A DNA stretch of 64,000 nucleotides from Iphione sp. A-MEVVRFRX5 (lineage: Eukaryota). Location: positions 149,792,001 to 149,856,000 of the forward strand of contig OZ320313.1 in assembly GCA_976226885.1 (NCBI GenBank), written 5' to 3'. The position numbers and the translations under genes are program-made. Position 1 is the stretch's first letter. Every line of letters starts with the position of its first letter. The notes beneath the pieces are model-generated. The model was not told the origin of the DNA. It saw nothing but the letters and a program-made list of their open reading frames with translations, and searched no databases. Positions 12,701-24,700 of this stretch are shown piece after piece.

Positions 12701-15700
12701 AGTTATACATGGGTGGGAATAGAAATAAAACACTGAAATCTAACTATAAATCTAGCATACTCATGCAGGATTATTAAAGAGAAAATATTATATTTTTTTG
12801 TACTTTTCAAAGCTACATAAGCATCTTTCCTATTCCACATTCAAGTTAATGTCTATGAATCTCTTTTTAAAATTGTACAAAGAAACAAAAAATAAGGGGG
12901 AATCTTTTCCAGCGTGAGTAGGCTAAATTAATAGTTGGCAAATTGGCAAACACACAGCGCTGGAACGTGTGGTGAGGTTCCAACAGGCCATCCTTAAATG
13001 AAATGAGTAGTAAGTAGGGAGGGTCCACAATTCATGCACAAACAGACATCACGCACACAAACACAGACACAAAAGGATAATGGTGAGGGGTATACATGGT
13101 CATGCAGACACCAAGTACTCTCTCCAATTCCCCTTCGCACTAAGAATAACACCTCGCTACTCAAGACAATCAGCGTACTAAGTTGACAGTGTCTAGCATG
13201 TGTGCTGTCTGTCATATGGGAGATATGAATACAGTAGCAACTCACTTGACTAAGAGCAAGTTCTGCTGCTCCATTGGTTTATTTCCTACAATACAACCTA
13301 CTCAGGTGGTGGGGCAACTCACAGTTAAGGGCAAAATGGTCTGGTCCCATTGGTGGTCTAAATTCCTAGTTTCTACCGTAATTTAAATATGAGACAGGAT
13401 AATCAAGCACTTCTGTATTCTTTCCGGACTCTGGATCATCTACATGAACTGAATGCCCTGAGTTCAGGTTTGTTTTGTTTAAATTTTTCCTATATTTTTC
13501 TGGAGAACCTACTGATGGCCAAGCCGCAATGAACCGTATACATCCTGTTAGCAACGTTGGAAGTTATACATTAACTAGTGTAAGATTTTAATAAGGATGA
13601 AAGCTTTTTGTGTATTCTGTTGAATGTCATGCATTTGCGGTATCTAAATGGTTTTTTTTCTTATCACCTTTGGCCTATTTGCACAGTTGGATACTCAAGG
13701 ACCTAGACATCATTTTCCATGAACGTGTTTATACATGTATTTTTGTGGCATGTGCTTACACGCCTATTAAGCCTGCTGACCCAAACGACTTCCCAACCCT
13801 TGTTTAATTTATTATGTCAGTGGCCAGTATGAGAGACAAACAATAAACTGTACATGTATATCACATTCAGGAAGACAATACTAAATACTAGGCATTAGAT
13901 TGCAAATGCAACTGTATATCCTGGCGTTTGATGGGGAAGAGGAGGAGTATTTGGTACAATATAGCCATCTGGGGGAATAGTAACCATGGCAACAACCGCT
14001 CATGCGCACTCGTATACCTTGACTGTGATCACTTCCGCATAGCCAAACGAACCATCATGAAGCTTAGTAGATCTCTTGGGAGATTTGCCCTGGAAATGAC
14101 AGCGATGGATGAAACTGGGTCAAATAAATCCTTCCTTTCTATGACATCAGATGGCTCTGTATGTCTTCATTTGGACAGGTTACTAGCAATGTACCTACCT
14201 GAAATCTTGCTGTTTGATATATAGTAGAGCAGCGTGTAAGGCAGAACTCATTACAAAGAGATCACAGCACCATCTGTTTTTCGATTAACTACTTGTTAAC
14301 CTTTAAACGACACTACAGTATAAACTTTCTATGGAGTTACTTAAAGGGTGCAATTACTCTTATATGTCTTACGATCTGAAAGGAAAACTGGTCAAATACG
14401 GGAAAGGTACACACGGTAAATGGCACGTTGGATCACTGCCTCTCCTCTGCAAGTTGGGGACACAACACCGAATTTTAATATTTTAACGACAGGATTGAAT
14501 AATCGCTCGGGGATGATATCCCTATTACTTTACCATGTTTATTTAGGGTGGTATATATCAACTTACCTTATTTCCTGGTGCGCCATCGTATCCCGGCAGG
14601 CCCGGCTCGCCTCGGTCTCCCTTCGGACCTTGTAAACCCTGAGAATTGAAGGAGGGGAAAAGAGGAGACGAAATCAAACTTTTTTTTCCATTTATGCTGG
14701 AAAAAAGTTCTGACTAGATTCCGGATGATTTCACCCAGAATCATTCTCAAACCACGGCTGCAGTGGCATGGACTTAATCACATGTCAACTGACGTCATTT
14801 ATGGGCTATAATGCCCCCACATTACCAGTCTTAGCTGGTAATATTTCTACATGCATCAAAGCTTTAATCTTCCTTTACATCACCTGACCACCCGTGCAGC
14901 TAAATTGCGATAATATTTCCCTTGACAAAACAAGGTTTCCACTGTTACATTGAATTTCTAAAAGAACTATAAGCAAATGATCGTCTTTCCTATATCCAAC
15001 TGTGCTGGTACTTCAGTATATTCTTGTATTAGATCAATGGCAGTTTGATAAGCAGAGTTCACTTCATGCTCTGGAATCTATCTTGTTCCTCGGAATGTCA
15101 AATACACCAACAGCCATGTTCTGTGTACGAGTGGATGAGGTAATGGCAGAGAAGTCACACTATGAGCAGGAAGATATGTTAATTAATACATATATACATG
15201 TATATAAGAAAGGATCAGGGTGGTGCAGTCAACCCTTTCTATCCCAAATATCACCAGTTATAAGGACTCAACTCCGATTGATATATAGTTTCTTAAATTG
15301 ATCTACTCTCTGCAGGTAACAGGTGCAGTGGAACCTTGCTATTGAGGCATCTCGTTTTTCCAGGCACAATTCCGTGAAATGGAATTGCTCCGTCACTATA
15401 CCACCGTCCTCGCCTTTGCAAGCACATTTACTTGTAACCAAGGAGTGTCAGAATAGCAAGGTTATACTGTACTCCTATTCCAATAGTAATACATGTAGAA
15501 CACAGTGTGTAGTCATTCCAATAAGATGACAGTGTAAAGTTTGATTAAAGGTTTCACACAGCACAGGCCAATGGCAATGGTCCTCGACACCCCCTGAACC
15601 CCAAAGCTTTTTTTGAAATGGTAAGGGTTGACTGTGCAGAGACAATACAGTGAGGGGATATTAAAGGAGCAATAAGACTAATGTGGGAAACGTGGGTGTA

Positions 15701-18700
15701 TTGGAATCGTAAATGAGGAAAACAGTACGGACAAAAGTACAGATTTACATAGGGGAACGTATTCAGGGTGGAAATTCCATATGCGACATTCTTAACTCAC
15801 ATCAGACAAATGACTGAATCGTATGTGAATGTATTATTATAATACTGTTCCAGCAGCAGAAGGCATTAGGACCAGCTAAATAATTCTGCTATTTTGCCTC
15901 AATTGCCGTCAAGCTACTTTATTAAAGCTGTTAATTCATGGATATCATTATGGACTAGGTTACTTACACGTTCGCCCTTGTCGCCTTTTGGTCCGAGAGC
16001 ACCCTGTCATAACAGAAAGGCATTCAGTGATCCAATATGCAACCTGCTATGCGATCTACATATATAATTCATTAGATTCCTAGTGATATTGCTTCTGAGC
16101 GTCTGGCATTATGGTCATTTATTTTCTGAGTACCTGGAAGCTTTGTACTTTGACTGCTTGGAATTCTTGGTAGTTGATTATCTGATAAGCTGACCCCTAG
16201 TTTGAATACGATACTCAAAGATAATTTTTGTCATAAGTATCTACTTTTCAATTACTGTCTTCAAATGACTGCTTACTTTCCCTGGAGCCTCTAAAAAAAA
16301 AATTTACATTTAAATTAAATCTTGAAACTACTGCTATTTCTATCTCAAAGCTAATGGCAGAAAGTGTGAAGGATAATATATGAGAAGGTAGACACAAGTA
16401 CTCGTGGTGACAATCTTTTTGTTTGCAGGATCAATACTTACAGGATGTCCCTTAGGACCATCCAGACCAATAGGGCCCTGAAAGGTGGAAAGAATATTTG
16501 GAGATGAACGTTGGAAATAAGTGTACATAAATATATAGTATAGAGATGGTTCTGTAAACATTGTATCTATGATTAGTCCTAAATCAAAATTGCATCGGCA
16601 AAATAAAGAAATACATCAGTCTGTGATATATAGATGTGTTTAAATGAGGAAGCTAAGTAATTAAGATGGCTACGCAACAAAAGTAATTGCGTGTGAGTGA
16701 GATGTCTCAAAAACAGAGAAAAACAAATCTGAGGAAGAAAGTTTAAGACGCGACACGCCCAGCAGACTGGCTCTTATCCACACTTCACCCATACCTGATG
16801 CTAAATTCTTCGGAAGCACAAAAAGAAATGAGAAAAATATATAATCAACTCAAATGGACATGAGTCAACGAGTGGTTGGTTAGTAGTGACGTTTGAGATC
16901 AACAAGTGTCGGTAAATGCTTAAAAAACCGTTTGGAGTATCTTCGCAGCTATGGGGTCGACCCAAACCAGGAAGGCCGCAGGGAAATGGCAACAATTTCT
17001 TCTATATATCTTTTAAAGCCTAAACGAAATAGCGAACTCGTTTTTCTGTCCCAAAGAGCCTGCATATCAGTCTATGCCAAGTTGCCTTTTTGTAGTCTGC
17101 CTAAAGTGAATGCCCGTAGAAGGCAGGGTGCAAAGAATTATCACATTCTCGTGGAGTCGGTTTTCTGCGTTGAAAGTTATTTTTCCCAAGGTAAGTCACG
17201 ACAGGCAAAGGTTCCTAACTACTCTTTCATATTAATGCGTCCTAAGTAATTTGGATCAAGTCAATTATGCAAGGTATCTTATCCGAGGTCCTGTTTTACC
17301 ATTCCTCTAAGCAACTGCTCCTGGAGACCTTCTAAAATTGTTTAGCTTGCTTGAGCATGTTAGCACTTTGGGCTCTTGACTATCAGGAATAGTTTATTTT
17401 CACCCAAATATGATTTTGTTCCTGTACTATCATCTCCCAGATGGGAGTGTCTTCATGTCCGTAGTTGTTGCTCGTTCCCTGACCGCCCTTCCCACAGCTT
17501 CACTTCTCCTAGGAGGGAGAAGCGGCCATTCGTGTGACTCGACGCGTTGTCATGGTAAGAACAATCTAGGAACGCAGGGAGGAAGGGAACGTCATTTTGA
17601 TACCAGAAAATGACACAAGAAGAGATGAATTTCGTCTGCGAGAATTCTGCAGCTGTAAACCGATATGGTGTGCGATAAATGCATTCGCTTTCTTTGTTTG
17701 AGGACTTTCTGGGTTTTACTCTACGCGACACTGTCGGCAGATATTTGCATTAATCCGGCCAAAGCTGTTGGAATCAATAACATCAGCTTACAGCAAGAAT
17801 TCCAAAGGTCAATCGACTTTTCATGATAATAGTAATCAAAAAGGTTAATTATGTCACTTTCTGGGGGTCGTTAAAGTGTATCATGCACATGTTGATAACA
17901 ACTCACCAATGGACAATACGAGCAGAAAACTTGTAGTCATTTTGTGGAGAAGCATGCGCAAAGAGAGACAGAGAGATACAAGAGATAATGTAACAAAGTG
18001 CATCAGCAAAACAATTTTAGGACTGACCGATGTATATTATGGCAAGTGAAACCACTTTGGTAGCAAATTAAGGCCAAAACAAAGGGTAGGTGGAATAAAA
18101 AACTGAATAATAATAACTGGTAGTTCAAAACAAAGGAGGGCAACAATATGGCAAAACATTATGCCATTCAGACAATATATAGCAAAAGGCACGTGGGTTC
18201 GACCACCATATCACTACTTTAGAATTGATCGGCCGTCCATAACCCCAACTTGAGATACGTGTATAAGGAGATGACTAAATTCGGTAGAACAGTTCATGTC
18301 TTCTGTTCAGAATGGACAAATTTCTGGTATTCTCAACAATGGCTGATTCACGTTGCTCTGACTACTATATTATAACAAAACTACCTGCCTTAAATAATAA
18401 ACTACTCGATGTGAATAGTGTCAATATTGAGCTAAACACTACTGGTTTCTATGCTTCGGGGGATTGTCGCTAGAGGTCTCTCACGAACGGCTAATCTTCA
18501 GGCATACTATATCGGAACGAACGGTCCCGGGAAAAAAAAAAAAAAAAAAACACATCTCCATTCAAAGAGGTACGAACAGACCACGAACCGGAAATCCTGG
18601 ATAGCCACGTGACCCCTTCTGGCCCTGAAACAGGAAGCAGATGACAATTCAGGAAACGAACATGTCAAGTAATTTTTCTACAGACAACTGATATATTAAT

Positions 18701-21700
18701 ATACTTATATAGATGTGTAGAGAGAGGGAGAGATGAGGTGAGGGAGAGAGAGTGATGTTTTGCCTACCACATGATGCAGCAAATGCAACCGTTGGATAAA
18801 AAATACAAATCCCTGTATAAAATAACGCACACGTTTTGCAGGCTTCTTTGTGCACTTTAAATCGATCCGTATCACAACCTATTCAAGTTCTTTCAATGAG
18901 AAGTCTTGGAGAAGGTAGGTGTTGCTTATTACAAATGTTTCTGACATCATCGATACCAGACGAATGGACATTTTGTCTCACAGAGGAGAATGAACATTTT
19001 GCATCATATACATACGTGGATATATAGTGTCGAGTGCAAGTCATGATCATATATTACCATTCCCAGAATGGAGATTGCTCCATCTGCCATGACTGTATTT
19101 TTACTCTATATTCCACCTTGTGTAAGATGGAAGAGTGTTCTGTCTTATAAGTGTGCATCGCAACAGACTATCTCAAAACGGGATAGGTCATCGTTGTCAA
19201 GTGCCACTAGGGTAGTCTGCGTGAGTAGCAGGAGATCCTGAATAAAATATATCTGAGGTCAGAGGACCGACGTTAGATGACGAGATTTCTAATAACTTAT
19301 AATCTTTCCTTCTAAACGGCTAGCTGAATGTGAAAAGAGCCTGGGAATTGGTAATGTACATAGGTGATCATCAGTCGGACCACGAACGTTAATGAAATTG
19401 AAATGTACATGTATCGGATGTGTGATTTTGCCACAGCAGGCGGGGAGCCTCCACCCAGGCACCATCTTTAACATCACACCTGTAGATAATAGGAAAAATG
19501 TGACTTGTTTTGAAGTCAAATATCAAGCGATTAGATAATGCTAAAATCATACTCCCGAATGTCTTTGCTACAAATGGACCAGGGCCTTGGTGTTTGTCAC
19601 GACAGAGGTGTATATTTGCTCATCCGCACCCCGACCCTACGGTCAGCGCCAGGGACGATGCGGTAGGTTAAAAGCTGTGTCTTCCGAGGGGGAAATTGTG
19701 CCCAAATGTCTTAACCAATAACACCAGTCAGCACTCAATGACACTGATGATATGTCTCCCTTTTTTTCTGTCGGTGATTGGAGAGGAAGCAGAACGGGGG
19801 TCGACAGGAACCCCCCCCCCCCTTTATAAAAGAGCCTGAAACATTAGCTGCGCATGCGTAATTGCTTGTCTGAAGAATCGCTGGTACGACCCGATATGAG
19901 CGCCATCTTGTATGATTATTCACACTACCGATTTCTCAAGGGCGTTCGTATTCGTTTTCTCCCACGCGTCGTTGACCTTGAGATGACCCAAGAGGTTAAA
20001 CCATTGAGGACGTACCCCTTGCGAACTGTTTCCATTATACATGTGCTTCTCAATGTTACATCTATGTTCTCCTGTCAGATTCCCTTTTTAAATCTTTTTT
20101 TTTTCGTGGCTGTCTTGGTGATGGTTCGGTCGGGGGAGATTTACTTTGGAATGGAATCCTCTGCCGAAGATATTATGTTTACATTACGAATTAAGAGGAT
20201 GCAGGATTGGAATGCGATAACGCCCCTCTATCGTTAACTACGTATATTTCGACCGCGTATATCTCCCATTCTCGACGATGACAAATACACCAAAAACGTA
20301 AAATTGCCTGGGGTACCATGACTACTAAGATTGCCCTCGACTTTGATATATAACAACTTCTTATCCTGACCGAGAATAACAGCGATTCATTGAATTCTCC
20401 CGCTTGCCCTGGTAGATTTGATTCCTGATTCCTTTACTCTGGCCTTTCAGCATTTTCCCGTTCGACGACTACCTAATCAGAATGTCTTCCGTTTTTGTCA
20501 TTGTGAACACAAGCTACGTCACATCCTTCAATGTAATATCATAGCAAAATTGAATGCATATGGAGGGACATATCTAAAGATAAAATATCAAACCCACATT
20601 CTTTAGCGTTTTTTTTACATGTGACCTTATATGACGTTTTTGACTTATTTACACATGAAAATGCTAACGATTACACTAAAAGAAAACGTCAGGTCATTTT
20701 TCAAAACAGAAAGTTGGAAGGCATTTGTGTCCTTTTTCCCAACTTCTTTTGTTCTTTTTTTAACCATGTAGATGTCGACGAGCTGGCAGTGAGTACGTGA
20801 GTAAGGAATAAAATATGTGCATTTTCTACTATTATGACCCAGTTATTTAGAAGTTACTGAGGTGCTAGGGGCTGAAGAGCTTTACCTACGCTAACGCTAA
20901 TATTGTTCTATGATATTGGTGACTTAATATCAATGGTAGGGTTCTTCACCTGTGGGTCATGACCCAAACTAGTCGCACGATGTCATTTGAGTGGGTCGCC
21001 ATGACCTCCACACATAATTTTCAATTATTACTTTATTTGAACTAAGAGCGATGGCAGTAAAGGTAGCAATAAATATGAAAGAGATTTAATCATTACGGAC
21101 GCTAAGTTGCTATCATCTGCTCAACTGTTGGGGAGGCCAGATGAACTACTGAAGCCACGGAGTTCTGCGCCTGCATTGCAGCTGAAGTATGGGTCGCTGA
21201 GCTAGTGCAAAGGCTACCATTTTGGTTACCACCAAAAAAGGTTAAAAACCGCTGGTTTATGAATATAGTTACAATGCCAATAAAGGTACCATGTAACTAA
21301 TTTGATCTGTCAGCATTGTTCTTTAATTTACTGTAAAACATAAATAACCAACGTTTTCAATATTAACACTTGCATTTTACATTAGGGGTTTCGGTTAAAT
21401 ACTGCATGTGGATGACGCAAAGAGTTTCAAAGTGATTAACAATGGGAAGGTCTTATTTTACCTTCCAACTTAATGTTCGTCTGTCTAAACGTCACAACAT
21501 GCTACGTGAGCTACAGAAAGATGTCTCCAGAATGTCTTCATCATCATTGTGACATTATCTTATTAACGTTTCTACCACTACTACCACCAATTGGTTTGGA
21601 TGGGACCCTTTGGGGTATTGCTTCATCGTGGGTAAGGGGGTAGGGATATATGGGCGTCTCACTATCTTTTAGAGTCAAAGCTGATCTCCCTAGAACAACA

Positions 21701-24700
21701 CTTCGATGGAAATGTAAACCGTCTCGTCTCGACTCGGTGAATTTTAAAATGATAATTACTGCTCAGGAAAAGATCACAAACCCAAGAACGCTAAGCAACT
21801 GCAATTTATGTATTTTAGGAACCACCTGGTTCAAATAACAAGGATATATTGGGGCGTGTCGAGCAATACTTTAAGGTACTCCTACGATTATAACTGTAGG
21901 GTTCTGTAAGCAACATGGTCGCCACGGTTACTTACAGGAGGTCCAGGGGGTCCTCGGATGGCTCTGGCTTCTGTGATGTGGTTGGGGATATCACCTGGAG
22001 GACCCTGAAGGAAGAGAAACAAGGCGTTCATCACAGGCGGGAACATGGGTGAATATAGGTGTGATTACCCAAGAGCCATCATATAGGAAACCCTTATGAT
22101 TACAAACACAGGGAAGCAAGAAAATAATAAGTTGGGATATAACTGACACAATCTGTACCCCTTCTCTGATGTAATGGAAATAGTTTTATTTCTATATGAT
22201 ATTGTACAGGTTAAACAACGAAAGCGCCATTGGATTTCATAATGGAAACGTAAGACGACTCAAGAACGAGTTAGAATGAGATTTAGATGTAAACGACTGA
22301 TTTGCAGCCCATCACTACATATGTAATAAGTTTTGTATAATTCAAAATTGAGTGTTTTTATTGGCGTATTCAGTAACGTCTTTTTTATCCATCCGCTGAC
22401 TAAAAATACCTTCATAGTACCAAATTCTTTCAGAGACAATTCGTGTAAGGCACTTTGAAAATCCACGTAATCGGGATAGCCTGGTCAAATTAATTTCATC
22501 ACCGAAGGTTTGGAGCATTTTACACTAAAATGCCGTCTTAAATATCTTCTCTCTTGTAACGACAAGAGAACACCACGTCGGTACACCGGTGACATAAGGT
22601 GCTTCAACTGTTACCATTTTTCCAGTGATAGAGTTTATCCTTCCTTCTTGACTAGTTTTAAAACCCGTTTTCTTCTCGAGATGTGCTAAACCTTGAAACC
22701 TCACATGACCTTGGGTGACTGGATAAGCTCGATCAGATCGGTATGTGTGACTAACTATCTGTTTATATGTAAGGATCAACGTCTGCTTACGTGGCTGTGT
22801 CACAAGATGTAAATACACAATCCTAACAAATGGGAACAGCCACCATCAGCACTGGTATACTTGGCTAATCTCACTCATGGATATAGTCTCACTTAAAGGT
22901 CAGGGGTTTGTCTGAGACTTGCGAGTTTCTAAGTTAGATTAATATACTAAAGAAGACTTTGACTAGTAAATACTGATGATACTGTATACATTTACAATGA
23001 ACAGTTAACCAACTTAGCCGAAAAATCCAGAATGTTGGGATGTCAACTGAAGCTGACATACATATAAATGTGTGCGCTTGTGTGTAAGCATGATATATGT
23101 TATATATGTGTTTACCAGGAGCAGTTTACTCTGGACACTGTGATGTCGACAAAGGGCAGCTGGCTGGATTCCTCTATACCTATCGCTTATCTTTCTCCTC
23201 GCACTAGTTGTCCCTTGCACTTCCATCATTTTTAAAGCTTCTCGATTACTGCATGAAGCGATATTGAACGTTGAATGCATCCCTAACCAAAAGATAATTT
23301 ATTAACCTGCAGATGAGATCATTTCTCTAGCAGTACGTTTTAGATTAAATTCAGAATGAAACCATGACATCAGCAGCCATTTAGACAGAGTGTTCGCCAT
23401 GAATAATTTCCACCATATGGTTTTTATAGCCGTCAGGTACACACTATCGGCTCGGCAATTACATGTATGCTGACCCGCATAACAAACCTGATAACACTAT
23501 GTACATCAGCCCTGTCTCCTAACAGCCATTGGTGTTAAATCCCGCACCTTCCGAAACACGGTGATATAGACTTATGTTTCTTACGTACCCGCCTTGCTTT
23601 CTTTTTCTAAGTTAAAAAAAGGTTTTTTGCTTTTCTTTTTTTCGCTTCTAGCTAGCATTATCGGGAGCCCATCTTCCTCCTGGTCGCCCAATTCTCGTGT
23701 TTCCTCCCGGCTTCCCCACTTCGAAACCTGCTGAGCGCTGTCGTAGAAGCCACATTGGAAGCCACTGTGAACGTCAATGTGTAAGCCACGTGGCCAGTGG
23801 CTATTCTGATGCTTCTGATGGTTTCTGCGCCCAAGTAGCAGGCTGGACATCGATCATTACCCCCGCTTCCTGTTCACGTGTACTCCAACTCATCTTGTGC
23901 TTGGCCTTGGCGGTCACACTCCCTGTATGGCCCATAGCGATGGGGTTTTTATTAACTATTCTTTTTTAATTAGCTGAGGTTTTAAAAGTTCACATATAGG
24001 AATAAATCAAAGTGATTGATCTAGCATATACCACGACTAAAACGAAAATCAAATGATCATGAAGGATGGCAGCCTCTAGAGCCCCACTAATGAGAATTCC
24101 TCCATAGGGTCAGATGTTCAGTGAGGAGCGGGTAGGTATGGGCTGGGGGAGGCTTCCCTCAAGGTGGATATTAGATGCATGACTTTGAGTTGCCTTGTAG
24201 GAACTAGAACTAATAACACCAATCTGCTGAAACAAACTCGATTCTCCCTTCCTCTCAACAAAAGGGACACGTTAGAGCTCAGTCCTCAGATAGGTACCTC
24301 TCCATGCATGTGAGATGGTGTTGCTATCTCGAACAGGGAGGTTCTGAATTCAGTGAAGCATTTCACATGGAAACACAGCAGGACACGTTCAACTATTGCA
24401 GAATAAGTGGAGAATTTAGAAAAGTTAGGTGCATTTGAAAGAAAGATTACATTAACAATTTGTGTCTTGGCCCCACCCTTACAACCACCATTGCCCTCTA
24501 CTGCTGTATACCTAATGGTCACATATCTCATCCCAACCTATGAGAACCACTACCCCCATACCTCAGTGTACATAAGCCAATAATCCCTTACACCCCCATG
24601 ATCACATATGGTTCATACCTTTGTATACCTGTCTCGCCTCTCCTCCCAGGCCCAATATTACCACCACCACCTACCCCTAAATACCACTCACACTATAACG

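Noticed and set aside
19440-19500. Very strong acceptor TTTTTCCTATTATCTACAG|GTGTGA
   Set aside because: Phase-0 reading hits TGA at once and no matching donor was found; there is no evidence it is used.
23581-23850. ORF ending [15 protein letters not shown], reminiscent of the L1/Tx1 ORF2 motif EKxxKYFFNLEK
   Set aside because: Spacing to the upstream G..IRSR..W motif does not fit, no endonuclease or RT sequence flanks it, and the match comes from an A-rich run.
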